Source of the DNA: Eledone cirrhosa
Taxonomy: Eukaryota
Length of the DNA: 64,000 nucleotides
Direction of reading: 5' to 3'
NCBI GenBank assembly: GCA_964016885.1
Contig: OZ024740.1
Coordinates: forward strand, 418,314,001 to 418,378,000
Shown here: piece by piece, positions 49,901-64,000 of the stretch
How the letters are laid out: each line of letters starts with the position of its first letter
Position numbering within the stretch: position 1 is the stretch's first letter
Notes under the pieces: generated by a model
What the model was told of the DNA's origin: nothing
Database searches by the model: none
What the model saw: only the letters and a program-made list of their open reading frames with translations
Program-made: the position numbers and the translations under genes

Positions 49901-52900
49901 GTCCATATGGCTGGGTATGGCTCCCTCCGTCACTTTAACAGTTTCATGCAACAAATAAGTCCATATGGCTGGGTATGGCTCTCTCCGTCACTTTAACAGT
50001 TTCATGCAACAAATAAGTCCATATGACTGGGTATGGCTCTCTCCGTCACTTTAACAGTTTCATGCAACAAATAAGTCCATATAGCTGGGTATGGCTCTCT
50101 CCGTCACTTTAACAGTTTCATGCAACAAATCAGTCCATATGGCTGGGTATGGCTCTCTCCGTCACTTTAACAGTTTCATGCAACAAATAAGTCCATATGG
50201 CTGGGTATGGCTCTCTCCGTCACTTTAACAGTTTCATGCAACAAATAAGTCCATATAGCTGGGTATGGCTCTCTCCGTCACTTTAACAGTTTCATGCAAC
50301 AAATAAGTCCATATGACTGGGTATGGCTCTCTCCGTCACTTTAACAGTTTCATGCAACAAATAAGTCCATATGGCTGGGTATGGCTCTCTCAGTCACTTT
50401 AACAGTTTCATGCAACAAATAAGTCCATATGACTGGGTATGGCTCTCTCAGTCACTTTAACAGTTTCATGCAACAAATAAGTCCATATAGCTGGGTATGG
50501 CTCTCTCAGTCACTTTAACAGTTTCATGCAACAAATAAATCCATATGACTGGGTATGGCTCTCTCCGTCACTTTAACAGTTTCATGCAACAAATAAGTCC
50601 ATATAGCTGGGTATGGCTCTCTCCGATACTTTAACAGTTTCATGCAACAAATAAGTCCATATAGCTGGGTATGGCTCTCTCAGTCACTTTAACAGTTTCA
50701 TGCAACAAATAAGTCCATATGACTGGGTATGGCTCTCTCCGTCACTTTAACAGTTTCATGCAACAAATAAGTCCATATGACTGGGTATGGCTCTCTCAGT
50801 CACTTTAACAGTTTCATGCAACAAATAAGTCCATATAGCTGGGTATGGCTCTCTCAGTCACTTTAACAGTTTCATGCAACAAATAAGTCCATATGACTGG
50901 GTATGGCTCTCTCCGTCACTTTAACAGTTTCATGCAACAAATAAGTCCATATAGCTGGGTATGGCTCTCTCAGTCACTTTAACAGTTTCATGCAACAAAT
51001 AAGTCCATATGACTGGGTATGGCTCTCTCCGTCACTTTAACAGTTTCATGCAACAAATAAGTCCATATAGCTGGGTATGGCTCTCTCCGATACTTTAACA
51101 GTTTCATGCAACAAATAAGTCCATATAGCTGGGTATGGCTCTCTCAGTCACTTTAACAGTTTCATGCAACAAATAAGTCCATATAGCTGGGTATGGCTCT
51201 CTCAGTCACTTTAACAGTTTCATGCAACAAATAAGTCCATATGGCTGAGTATGGCTCTCTCCGATACTTTAACAGTTTCATGCAACAAATAAGTCCATAT
51301 GGCTGGGTATGGCTCTCTCCGATACTTTAACAGTTTCATGCAACAAATAAGTCCATATGGCTGGGTATGGCTCTCTCAGTCACTTTAACAGTTTCATGCA
51401 ACAAATAAGTCCATATAGCTGGGTATGGCTCTCTCAGTCACTTTAACAGTTTCATGCAACAAATAAGTCCATATAGCTGGGTATGGCTCTCTCCGATACT
51501 TTAACAGTTTCATGCAACAAATAAGTCCATATGGCTGGGTATGGCTCTCTCCGATACTTTAACAGTTTCATGCAACAAATAAGTCCATATAGCTGGGTAT
51601 GGCTCTCTCCGATACTTTAACAGTTTCATGCAACAAATAAGTCCATATGGCTGGGTATGGCTCTCTCAGTCACTTTAACAGTTTCATGCAACAAATAAGT
51701 CCATATAGCTGGGTATGGCTCTCTCCGATACTTTAACAGTTTCATGCAACAAATAAGTCCATATAGCTGGGTATGGCTCTCTCCGATACTTTAACAGTTT
51801 CATGCAACAAATAAGTCCATATGGCTGGGTATGGCTCTCTCAGTCACTTTAACAGTTTCATGCAACAAATAAGTCCATATGACTGGGTATGGCTCTCTCC
51901 GTCACTTTAACAGTTTCATGCAACAAATAAGTCCATATAGCTGGGTATGGCTCTCTCCGTCACTTTAACAGTTTCATGCAACAAATCAGTCCATATGGCT
52001 GGGTATGGCTCTCTCCGTCACTTTAAAAGTTTCATGCAACAAATAAGTCCATATGGCTGGGTATGGCTCTCTCCGTCACTTTAACAGTTTCATGCAACAA
52101 ATAAGTCCATATAGCTGGGTATGGCTCTCTCCGTCACTTTAACAGTTTCATGCAACAAATAAGTCCATATGACTGGGTATGGCTCTCTCCGTCACTTTAA
52201 CAGTTTCATGCAACAAATAAGTCCATATGGCTGGGTATGGCTCTCTCAGTCACTTTAACAGTTTCATGCAACAAATAAGTCCATATGACTGGGTATGGCT
52301 CTCTCAGTCACTTTAACAGTTTCATGCAACAAATAAGTCCATATAGCTGGGTATGGCTCTCTCAGTCACTTTAACAGTTTCATGCAACAAATAAGTCCAT
52401 ATGACTGGGTATGGCTCTCTCCGTCACTTTAACAGTTTCATGCAACAAATAAGTCCATATAGCTGGGTATGGCTCTCTCCGATACTTTAACAGTTTCATG
52501 CAACAAATAAGTCCATATAGCTGGGTATGGCTCTCTCAGTCACTTTAACAGTTTCATGCAACAAATAAGTCCATATGACTGGGTATGGCTCTCTCCGTCA
52601 CTTTAACAGTTTCATGCAACAAATAAGTCCATATGACTGGGTATGGCTCTCTCAGTCACTTTAACAGTTTCATGCAACAAATAAGTCCATATAGCTGGGT
52701 ATGGCTCTCTCAGTCACTTTAACAGTTTCATGCAACAAATAAGTCCATATGACTGGGTATGGCTCTCTCCGTCACTTTAACAGTTTCATGCAACAAATAA
52801 GTCCATATAGCTGGGTATGGCTCTCTCAGTCACTTTAACAGTTTCATGCAACAAATAAGTCCATATGACTGGGTATGGCTCTCTCCGTCACTTTAACAGT

Positions 52901-55900
52901 TTCATGCAACAAATAAGTCCATATAGCTGGGTATGGCTCTCTCCGATACTTTAACAGTTTCATGCAACAAATAAGTCCATATAGCTGGGTATGGCTCTCT
53001 CAGTCACTTTAACAGTTTCATGCAACAAATAAGTCCATATAGCTGGGTATGGCTCTCTCAGTCACTTTAACAGTTTCATGCAACAAATAAGTCCATATGG
53101 CTGAGTATGGCTCTCTCCGATACTTTAACAGTTTCATGCAACAAATAAGTCCATATGGCTGGGTATGGCTCTCTCCGATACTTTAACAGTTTCATGCAAC
53201 AAATAAGTCCATATGGCTGGGTATGGCTCTCTCAGTCACTTTAACAGTTTCATGCAACAAATAAGTCCATATAGCTGGGTATGGCTCTCTCAGTCACTTT
53301 AACAGTTTCATGCAACAAATAAGTCCATATAGCTGGGTATGGCTCTCTCCGATACTTTAACAGTTTCATGCAACAAATAAGTCCATATGGCTGGGTATGG
53401 CTCTCTCCGATACTTTAACAGTTTCATGCAACAAATAAGTCCATATAGCTGGGTATGGCTCTCTCCGATACTTTAACAGTTTCATGCAACAAATAAGTCC
53501 ATATGGCTGGGTATGGCTCTCTCAGTCACTTTAACAGTTTCATGCAACAAATAAGTCCATATAGCTGGGTATGGCTCTCTCCGATACTTTAACAGTTTCA
53601 TGCAACAAATAAGTCCATATAGCTGGGTATGGCTCTCTCCGATACTTTAACAGTTTCATGCAACAAATAAGTCCATATGGCTGGGTATGGCTCTCTCAGT
53701 CACTTTAACAGTTTCATGCAACAAATAAGTCCATATAGCTGGGTATGTCTCTCTCAGTCACTTTAACAGTTTCATGCAACAAATAAGTTCATATGGCTGG
53801 GTATGGCTCTCTCAGTCACTTTAACAGTTTCATGCAACAAATAAGTCCATATGGCTGGGTATGGCTCTCTCAGTCACTTTAACAGTTTCATGCAACAAAT
53901 AAGTCCATATGGCTGGGTATGGCTCTCTCAGTCACTTTAACAGTTTCATGCAACAAATAAGTCCATATAGCTGGGTATGGCTCTCTCCGATACTTTAACA
54001 GTTTCATGCAACAAATAAGTCCATATAGCTGGGTATGGCTCTCTCCGATACTTTAACAGTTTCATGCAACAAATAAGTCCATATGGCTGGGTATGGCTCT
54101 CTCAGTCACTTTAACAGTTTCATGCAACAAATAAGTCCATATAGCTGGGTATGTCTCTCTCAGTCACTTTAACAGTTTCATGCAACAAATAAGTCCATAT
54201 GGCTGGGTATGGCTCTCTCAGTCACTTTAACAGTTTCATGCAACAAATAAGTCCATATGGCTGGGTATGGCTCTCTCAGTCACTTTAACAGTTTCATGCA
54301 ACAAATAAGTCCATATAGCTGGGTATGGCTCTCTCAGTCACTTTAACAGTTTCATGCAACAAATAAGTCCATATGGCTGGGTATGGCTCTCTCAGTCACT
54401 TTAACAGTTTCATGCAACAAATAAGTCCATATAGCTGGGTATGGCTCTCTCCGATACTTTAACAGTTTCATGCAACAAATAAGTCCATATGACTGGGTAT
54501 GGCTCTCTCAGTCACTTTAACAGTTTCATGCAACAAATAAGTCCATATAGCTGGGTATGGCTCTCTCCGATACTTTAACAGTTTCATGCAACAAATAAGT
54601 CCATATGGCTGGGTATGGCTCTCTCAGTCACTTTAACAGTTTCATGCAACAAATAAGTCCATATAGCTGGGTATGGCTCTCTCAGTCACTTTAACAGTTT
54701 CATGCAACAAATAAGTCCATATGGCTGGGTATGGCTCTCTCAGTCACTTTAACAGTTTCATGCAACAAATAAGTCCATATAGCTGGGTATGGCTCTCTCA
54801 GTCACTTTAACAGTTTCATGCAACAAATAAGTCCATATGACTGGGTATGGCTCTCTCAGTCACTTTAACAGTTTCATGCAACAAATAAGTCCATATGACT
54901 GGGTATGGCTCTCTCAGTCACTTTAACAGTTTCATGCAACAAATAAGTCCATATAGCTGGGTATGGCTCTCTCAGTCACTTTAACAGTTTCATGCAACAA
55001 ATAAGTCCATATGGCTGGGTATGGCTCTCTCCGATACTTTAACAGTTTCATGCAACAAATAAGTCCATATGGCTGGGTATGGCTCTCTCCGATACTTTAA
55101 CAGTTTCATGCAACAAATAAGTCCATATAGCTGGGTATGGCTCTCTCCGATACTTTAACAGTTTCATGCAACAAATAAGTCCATATAGCTGGGTATGGCT
55201 CTCTCCGATACTTTAACAGTTTCATGCAACAAATAAGTCCATATGGCTGGGTATGGCTCTCTCAGTCACTTTAACAGTTTCATGCAACAAATAAGTCCAT
55301 ATGGCTGGGTATGGCTCTCTCCGATACTTTAACAGTTTCATGCAACAAATAAGTCCATATGGCTGGGTATGGCTCTCTCAGTCACTTTAACAGTTTCATG
55401 CAACAAATAAGTCCATATGGCTGGGTATGGCTCTCTCCGATACTTTAACAGTTTCATGCAACAAATAAGTCCATATGGCTGGGTATGGCTCTCTCCGATA
55501 CTTTAACAGTTTCATGCAACAAATAAGTCCATATGGCTGGGTATGGCTCTCTCCGATACTTTAACAGTTTCATGCAACAAATAAGTCCATATGGCTGGGT
55601 ATGGCTCTCTCAGTCACTTTAACAGTTTCATGCAACAAATAAGTCCATATGGCTGGGTATGGCTCTCTCCGATACTTTAACAGTTTCATGCAACAAATAA
55701 GTCCATATGGCTGGGTATGGCTCTCTCCGATACTTTAACAGTTTCATGCAACAAATAAGTCCATATGGCTGGGTATGGCTCTCTCAGTCACTTTAACAGG
55801 TTCATGCAACAAATAAGTCCATATAGCTGGGTATGGCTCTCTCAGTCACTTTAACAGTTTCATGCAACAAATAAGTCCATATGGCTGGGTATGGCTCTCT

Positions 55901-58900
55901 CCGATACTTTAACAGTTTCATGCAACAAATGAGTCCATATAGCTGGGTATGGCTCTCTCAGTCACTTTAACAGTTTCATGCAACAAATAAGTCCATATGG
56001 CTGGGTATGGCTCTCTCCGATACTTTAACAGTTTCATGCAACAAATAAGTCCATATGGCTGGGTATGGCTCTCTCCGATACTTTAACAGTTTCATGCAAC
56101 AAATAAGTCCATATGGCTGGGTATGGCTCTCTCCGATACTTTAACAGTTTCATGCAACAAATAAGTCCATATAGCTGGGTATGGCTCTCTCCGATACTTT
56201 AACAGTTTCATGCAACAAATAAGTCCATATAGCTGGGTATGGCTCTCTCCGATACTTTAACAGTTTCATGCAACAAATAAGTCCATATAGCTGGGTATGG
56301 CTCTCTCCGATACTTTAACAGTTTCATGCAACAAATAAGTCCATATGGCTGGGTATGGCTCTCTCCAATACTTTAACAGTTTCATGCAACAAATAAGTCC
56401 ATATAGCTGGGTATGGCTCTCTCAGTCACTTTAACAGTTTCATACAACAAATAAGTCCATATGGCTGGGTATGGCTCTCTCCGATACTTTAACAGTTTCA
56501 TGCAACAAATAAGTCCATATAGCTGGGTATGGCTCTCTCAGTCACTTTAACAGTTTCATGCAACAAATAAGTCCATATAGCTGGGTATGGCTCTCTCAGT
56601 CACTTTAACAGTTTCATGCAACAAATAAGTCCATATAGCTGGGTATGGCTCTCTCAGTCACTTTAACAGTTTCATGCAACAAATAAGTCCATATAGCTGG
56701 GTATGGCTCTCTCCGATACTCTAACAGTTTCATGCAACAAATAAGTCCATATAGCTGGGTATGGCTCTCTCCTATACTTTAACAGTTTCATGCAACAAAT
56801 AAGTCCATTTGGCTGGGTATGGCTCTCTCCGATACTTTAACAGTTTCATGCAACAAATAAGTCCATATGGCTGGGTATGGCTCTCTCCGATACTTTAACA
56901 GTTTCATGCAACAAATAAGTCCATATGGCTGGGTATGGCTCTCTCCGATACTTTAACAGTTTCATGCAACAAATAAGTCCATATGGCTGGGTATGGCTCT
57001 CTCCGATACTTTAACAGTTTCATGCAACAAATAAGTCCATATAGCTGGGTATGGCTCTCTCCGATACTTTAACAGTTTCATGCAACAAATCAGTCCATAT
57101 GGCTGGGTATGGCTCTCTCAGTCACTTTAACAGTTTCATGCAACAAATAAGTCCATATGACTGGGTATGGCTCTCTCAGTCACTTTCACAGTTTCATGCA
57201 ACAAATAAGTCCATATGGCTGGGTATGGCTCTCTCAGTCACTTTAACAGTTTCATGCAACAAATAAGTCCATATGGCTGGGTATGGCTCTCTCAGTCACT
57301 TTAACAGTTTCATGCAACAAATAAGTCCATATAGCTGGGTATGGCTCTCTCCGATACTTTAACAGTTTCATGCAACAAATCAGTCCATATGGCTGGGTAT
57401 GGCTCTCTCAGTCACTTTAACAGTTTCATGCAACAAATAAGTCCATATGACTGGGTATGGCTCTCTCCGTCACTTTAACAGTTTCATGCAACAAATAAGT
57501 CCATATGGCTGGGTATGGCTCTCTCCGTCACTTTAACAGTTTCATGCAACAAATAAGTCCATATGACTGGGTATGGTTCTCTCCGTCACTTTAACAGTTT
57601 CATGCAACAAATCAGTCCATATGGCTGGGTATGGCTCTCTCAGTCACTTTAACAGTTTCATGCAACAAATAAGTCCATATGGCTGGGTATGGCTCTCTCC
57701 GTCACTTTAACAGTTTCATGCAACAAATAAGTCCATATGACTGGGTATGGTTCTCTCCGTCACTTTAACAGTTTCATGCAACAAATCAGTCCATATGGCT
57801 GGGTATGGCTCTCACAGTCACTTTAACAGTTTCATGCAACAAATCAGTCCATATGGCTGGGTATGGCTCTCTCAGTCACTTTAACAGTTTCATGCAACAA
57901 ATAAGTCCATATGGCTGGGTATGGCTCTCTCCGATACTTTAACAGTTTCATGCAACAAATAAGTCCATATAGCTGGGTATGGCTCTCTCAGTCACTTTAA
58001 CAGTTTCATGCAACAAATAAGTCCATATGACTGGGTATGGCTCTCTCAGTCACTTTAACAGTTTCATGCAACAAATAAGTCCATATGGCTGGGTATGGCT
58101 CTCTCAGTCACTTTAACAGTTTCATGCAACAAATAAGTCCATATGACTGGGTATGGCTCTCTCAGTCACTTTAACAGTTTCATGCAACAAATAAGTCCAT
58201 ATGGCTGGGTATGGCTCTCTCAGTCACTTTAACAGTTTCATGCAACAAATAAGTCCATATGGCTGGGTATGGCTCTCTCAGTCACTTTAACAGTTTCATG
58301 CAACAAATAAGTCCATATGGCTGGGTATGGCTCTCTCAGTCACTTTAACAGTTTCATGCAACAAATAAGTCCATATGGCTGGGTATGGCTCTCTCAGTCA
58401 CTTTAACAGTTTCATGCAACAAATAAGTCCATATGACTGGGTATGGCTCTCTCAGTCACTTTAACAGTTTCATGCAACAAATAAGTCCATATGGCTGGGT
58501 ATGGCTCTCTCAGTCACTTTAACAGTTTCATGCAACAAATAAGTCCATATGGCTGGGTATGGCTCTCTCAGTCACTTTAACAGTTTCATGCAACAAATAA
58601 GTCCATATGGCTGGGTATGGCTCTCTCCGTCACTTTAACAGTTTCATGCAACAAATCAGTCCATATGACTGGGTATGGCTCTCTCCGTCACTTTAACAGT
58701 TTCATGCAACAAATAAGTCCATATGGCTGGGTATGGCTCTCTCAGTCACTTTAACAGTTTCATGCAACAAATAAGTCCATATGACTGGGTATGGCTCTCT
58801 CAGTCACTTTAACAGTTTCATGCAACAAATAAGTCCATATGGCTGGGTATGGCTCTCTCAGTCACTTTAACAGTTTCATGCAACAAATAAGTCCATATGA

Positions 58901-61900
58901 CTGGGTATGGCTCTCTCAGTCACTTTAACAGTTTCATGCAACAAATAAGTCCATATGACTGGGTATGGCTCTCTCAGTCACTTTAACAGTTTCATGCAAC
59001 AAATAAGTCCATATGACTGGGTATGGCTCTCTCAGTCACTTTAACAGTTTCATGCAACAAATAAGTCCATATAGCTGGGTATGGCTCTCTCAGTCACTTT
59101 AACAGTTTCATGCAACAAATAAGTCCATATGGCTGGGTATGGCTCTCTCAGTCACTTTAACAGTTTCATGCAACAAATAAGTCCATATGGCTGGGTATGG
59201 CTCTCTCAGTCACTTTAACAGTTTCATGCAACAAATAAGTCCATATAGCTGGGTATGTCTCTCTCAGTCACTTTAACAGTTTCATGCAACAAATAAGTCC
59301 ATATGACTGGGTATGGCTCTCTCAGTCACTTTAACAGTTTCATGTAACAAATAAGTCCATATGACTGGGTATGGCTCTCTCAGTCACTTTAACAGTTTCA
59401 TGCAACAAATAAGTCCATATAGCTGGGTATGGCTCTCTCAGTCACTTTAACAGTTTCATGCAACAAATAAGTCCATATAGCTGGGTATGTCTCTCTCAGT
59501 CACTTTAACAGTTTCATGCAACAAATAAGTCCATATGACTGGGTATGGCTCTCTCAGTCACTTTAACAGTTTCATGTAACAAATAAGTCCATATGACTGG
59601 GTATGGCTCTCTCAGTCACTTTAACAGTTTCATGCAACAAATAAGTCCATATGGCTGGGTATGGCTCTCTCAGTCACTTTAACAGTTTCATGCAACAAAT
59701 AAGTCCATATGACTGGGTATGGCTCTCTCAGTCACTTTAACAGTTTCATGCAACAAATAAGTCCATATGACTGGGTATGGCTCTCTCAGTCACTTTAACA
59801 GTTTCATGCAACAAATAAGTCCATATGACTGGGTATGGCTCTCTCAGTCACTTTAACAGTTTCATGCAACAAATAAGTCCATATAGCTGGGTATGGCTCT
59901 CTCAGTCACTTTAACAGTTTCATGCAACAAATAAGTCCATATAGCTGGGTATGTCTCTCTCAGTCACTTTAACAGTTTCATGCAACAAATAAGTCCATAT
60001 GACTGGGTATGGCTCTCTCAGTCACTTTAACAGTTTCATGTAACAAATAAGTCCATATGACTGGGTATGGCTCTCTCAGTCACTTTAACAGTTTCATGCA
60101 ACAAATAAGTCCATATGGCTGGGTATGGCTCTCTCAGTCACTTTAACAGTTTCATGCAACAAATAAGTCCATATGGCTGGGTATGGCTCTCTCAGTCACT
60201 TTAACAGTTTCATGCAACAAATAAGTCCATATAGCTGGTTATGGCTCTCTCCGATACTTTAACAGTTTCATGCAACAAATGAGTCCATATGGCTGGGTAT
60301 GGCTCTCTCCGTCACTTTAACAGTTTCATGCAACAAATAAGTCCATATAGCTGGGTATGGCTCTCTCAGTCACTTTAACAGTTTCATGCAACAAATAAGT
60401 CCATATGGCTGGGTATGGCTCTCTCAGTCACTTTAACAGTTTCATGCAACAAATAAGTCCATATAGCTGGGTATGGCTCTCTCAGTCACTTTAACAGTTT
60501 CATGCAACAAATAAGTCCATATAGCTGGTTATGGCTCTCTCCGATACTTTAACAGTTTCATGCAACAAATGAGTCCATATGGCTGGGTATGGCTCTCACA
60601 GTCACTTTAACAGTTTCATGCAACAAATAAGTCCATATGGCTGGGTATGGCTCTCTCCGTCACTTTAACAGTTTCATGCAACAAATAAGTCCATATGGCT
60701 GGGTATGGCTCTCTCAGTCACTTTAACAGTTTCATGCAACAAATAAGTCCATATGACTGGGTATGGCTCTCTCAGTCACTTTAACAGTTTCATGCAACAA
60801 ATAAGTCCATATGACTGGGTATGGCTCTCTCAGTCACTTTAACAGTTTCATGCAACAAATAAGTCCATATAGCTGGGTATGGCTCTCTCAGTCACTTTAA
60901 CAGTTTCATGCAACAAATAAGTCCATATAGCTGGGTATGGCTCTCTCAGTCACTTTAACAATTTCATGCAACAAATAAGTCCATATGACTGGGTATGGCT
61001 CTCTCAGTCACTTTAACAGTTTCATGCAACAAATAAGTCCATATGACTGGGTATGGCTCTCTCAGTCACTTTAACAGTTTCATGCAACAAATAAGTCCAT
61101 ATGGCTGGGTATGGCTCTCTCAGTCACTTTAACAGTTTCATGCAACAAATAAGTCCATATAGCTGGGTATGGCTCTCTCAGTCACTTTAACAGTTTCATG
61201 CAACAAATAAGTCCATATAGCTGGTTATGGCTCTCTCCGATACTTTAACAGTTTCATGCAACAAATGAGTCCATATGGCTGGGTATGGCTCTCTCAGTCA
61301 CTTTAACAGTTTCATGCAACAAATAAGTCCATATAGCTGGGTATGGCTCTCTCCGTCACTTTAACAGTTTCATGCAACAAATAAGTCCATATGGCTGGGT
61401 ATGGCTCTCTCAGTCACTTTAACAGTTTCATGCAACAAATAAGTGCATATGGCTGGGTATGGCTCTCTCCGATACTTTAACAGTTTCATGCAACAAATAA
61501 GTCCATATGGCTGGGTATGGCTCTCTCAGTCACTTTAACAGTTTCATGCAACAAATAAGTGCATATGGCTGGGTATGGCTCTCTCCGATACTTTAACAGT
61601 TTCATGCAACAAATAAGTCCATATGGCTGGGTATGGCTCTCTCAGTCACTTTAACAGTTTCATGCAACAAATAAGTCCATATGGCTGGGTATGGCTCTCT
61701 CAGTCACTTTAACAGTTTCATGCAACAAATAAGTCCATATAGCTGGGTATGTCTCTCTCAGTCACTTTAACAGTTTCATGCAACAAATAAGTCCATATGA
61801 CTGGGTATGGCTCTCTCAGTCACTTTAACAGTTTCATGTAACAAATAAGTCCATATGACTGGGTATGGCTCTCTCAGTCACTTTAACAGTTTCATGCAAC

Positions 61901-64000
61901 AAATAAGTCCATATAGCTGGGTATGGCTCTCTCAGTCACTTTAACAGTTTCATGCAACAAATAAGTCCATATAGCTGGGTATGTCTCTCTCAGTCACTTT
62001 AACAGTTTCATGCAACAAATAAGTCCATATGACTGGGTATGGCTCTCTCAGTCACTTTAACAGTTTCATGTAACAAATAAGTCCATATGACTGGGTATGG
62101 CTCTCTCAGTCACTTTAACAGTTTCATGCAACAAATAAGTCCATATGGCTGGGTATGGCTCTCTCAGTCACTTTAACAGTTTCATGCAACAAATAAGTCC
62201 ATATGACTGGGTATGGCTCTCTCAGTCACTTTAACAGTTTCATGCAACAAATAAGTCCATATGACTGGGTATGGCTCTCTCAGTCACTTTAACAGTTTCA
62301 TGCAACAAATAAGTCCATATGACTGGGTATGGCTCTCTCAGTCACTTTAACAGTTTCATGCAACAAATAAGTCCATATAGCTGGGTATGGCTCTCTCAGT
62401 CACTTTAACAGTTTCATGCAACAAATAAGTCCATATAGCTGGGTATGTCTCTCTCAGTCACTTTAACAGTTTCATGCAACAAATAAGTCCATATGACTGG
62501 GTATGGCTCTCTCAGTCACTTTAACAGTTTCATGTAACAAATAAGTCCATATGACTGGGTATGGCTCTCTCAGTCACTTTAACAGTTTCATGCAACAAAT
62601 AAGTCCATATGGCTGGGTATGGCTCTCTCAGTCACTTTAACAGTTTCATGCAACAAATAAGTCCATATGGCTGGGTATGGCTCTCTCAGTCACTTTAACA
62701 GTTTCATGCAACAAATAAGTCCATATAGCTGGTTATGGCTCTCTCCGATACTTTAACAGTTTCATGCAACAAATGAGTCCATATGGCTGGGTATGGCTCT
62801 CTCCGTCACTTTAACAGTTTCATGCAACAAATAAGTCCATATAGCTGGGTATGGCTCTCTCAGTCACTTTAACAGTTTCATGCAACAAATAAGTCCATAT
62901 GGCTGGGTATGGCTCTCTCAGTCACTTTAACAGTTTCATGCAACAAATAAGTCCATATAGCTGGGTATGGCTCTCTCAGTCACTTTAACAGTTTCATGCA
63001 ACAAATAAGTCCATATAGCTGGTTATGGCTCTCTCCGATACTTTAACAGTTTCATGCAACAAATGAGTCCATATGGCTGGGTATGGCTCTCACAGTCACT
63101 TTAACAGTTTCATGCAACAAATAAGTCCATATGGCTGGGTATGGCTCTCTCCGTCACTTTAACAGTTTCATGCAACAAATAAGTCCATATGGCTGGGTAT
63201 GGCTCTCTCAGTCACTTTAACAGTTTCATGCAACAAATAAGTCCATATGACTGGGTATGGCTCTCTCAGTCACTTTAACAGTTTCATGCAACAAATAAGT
63301 CCATATGACTGGGTATGGCTCTCTCAGTCACTTTAACAGTTTCATGCAACAAATAAGTCCATATAGCTGGGTATGGCTCTCTCAGTCACTTTAACAGTTT
63401 CATGCAACAAATAAGTCCATATAGCTGGGTATGGCTCTCTCAGTCACTTTAACAATTTCATGCAACAAATAAGTCCATATGACTGGGTATGGCTCTCTCA
63501 GTCACTTTAACAGTTTCATGCAACAAATAAGTCCATATGACTGGGTATGGCTCTCTCAGTCACTTTAACAGTTTCATGCAACAAATAAGTCCATATGGCT
63601 GGGTATGGCTCTCTCAGTCACTTTAACAGTTTCATGCAACAAATAAGTCCATATAGCTGGTTATGGCTCTCTCCGATACTTTAACAGTTTCATGCAACAA
63701 ATGAGTCCATATGGCTGGGTATGGCTCTCTCAGTCACTTTAACAGTTTCATGCAACAAATAAGTCCATATAGCTGGGTATGGCTCTCTCCGTCACTTTAA
63801 CAGTTTCATGCAACAAATAAGTCCATATGGCTGGGTATGGCTCTCTCAGTCACTTTAACAGTTTCATGCAACAAATAAGTGCATATGGCTGGGTATGGCT
63901 CTCTCCGATACTTTAACAGTTTCATGCAACAAATAAGTCCATATGGCTGGGTATGGCTCTCTCAGTCACTTTAACAGTTTCATGCAACAAATAAGTGCAT

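Larger units (their letters stand above)
6472..64000. repeat. 58-bp satellite DNA array, ~985-990 monomers, runs off the window end; consensus C(CGAT/AGTC)ACTTTAACAGTTTCATGCAACAAATAAGTCCATAT(G/A)GCTGGGTATGGCTCTCT
   Basis: Period 58 (CCGATAC at 6472, 6530, 6588...), head-to-tail and near-identical. Three larger interruptions plus a few 1-2 bp deletions (near 26667, 48523, 48912). Confidence 0.99.

Noticed and set aside
57051-57266. 71-aa ORF in the satellite
   Set aside because: Arises from two point variants that remove stop codons in consecutive monomers.
6472-64000. CRISPR array
   Set aside because: Head-to-tail monomers with no unique spacers, no cas genes and a eukaryotic context. The three interruptions are identical to each other.
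6472-64000. Hammerhead encoded by the satellite minus strand (CTGAGAG...GAAACTGTTA), as in newt or Schistosoma satellites
   Set aside because: CTGAGAG does not fit CUGANGA, no stem I or convincing stem II can be drawn, and CTGA is absent from CCGATAC monomers. The GCATGAAA match to the 2227 HHR is only 8 bp.

Overview
Eukaryotic (animal, probably cephalopod, judged from the SINE) repeat-rich DNA with no conventional host gene. Bases 1-~1760 are the 3' half of a Penelope-like retroelement (PLE): a GIY-YIG endonuclease ORF running in from the window edge, then a long 3' UTR. Between 1600 and 2390 lie three different type I hammerhead ribozyme (HHR) motifs, each in its own (TA)n-bounded segment. 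One HHR sits inside a perfect 186-bp-arm palindrome, so it is present on both strands. Next come a tRNA-derived SINE, microsatellites, a 27-bp minisatellite (~98 copies) and a ~300-bp degenerate 3' fragment of a restriction-like-endonuclease (RLE, CRE-like) non-LTR retrotransposon on the minus strand. The remaining 57.5 kb (6472-64000) is a very homogeneous 58-bp satellite (~985-990 monomers). Its first 21 bp continue the retrotransposon reading frame through the K-x-x-K-Y endonuclease motif, suggesting the satellite was seeded from that element. The array holds three identical foldback + 86-bp insertions and several kb-scale higher-order duplications traceable by rare variants. All calls were made by eye; no database searches were run.
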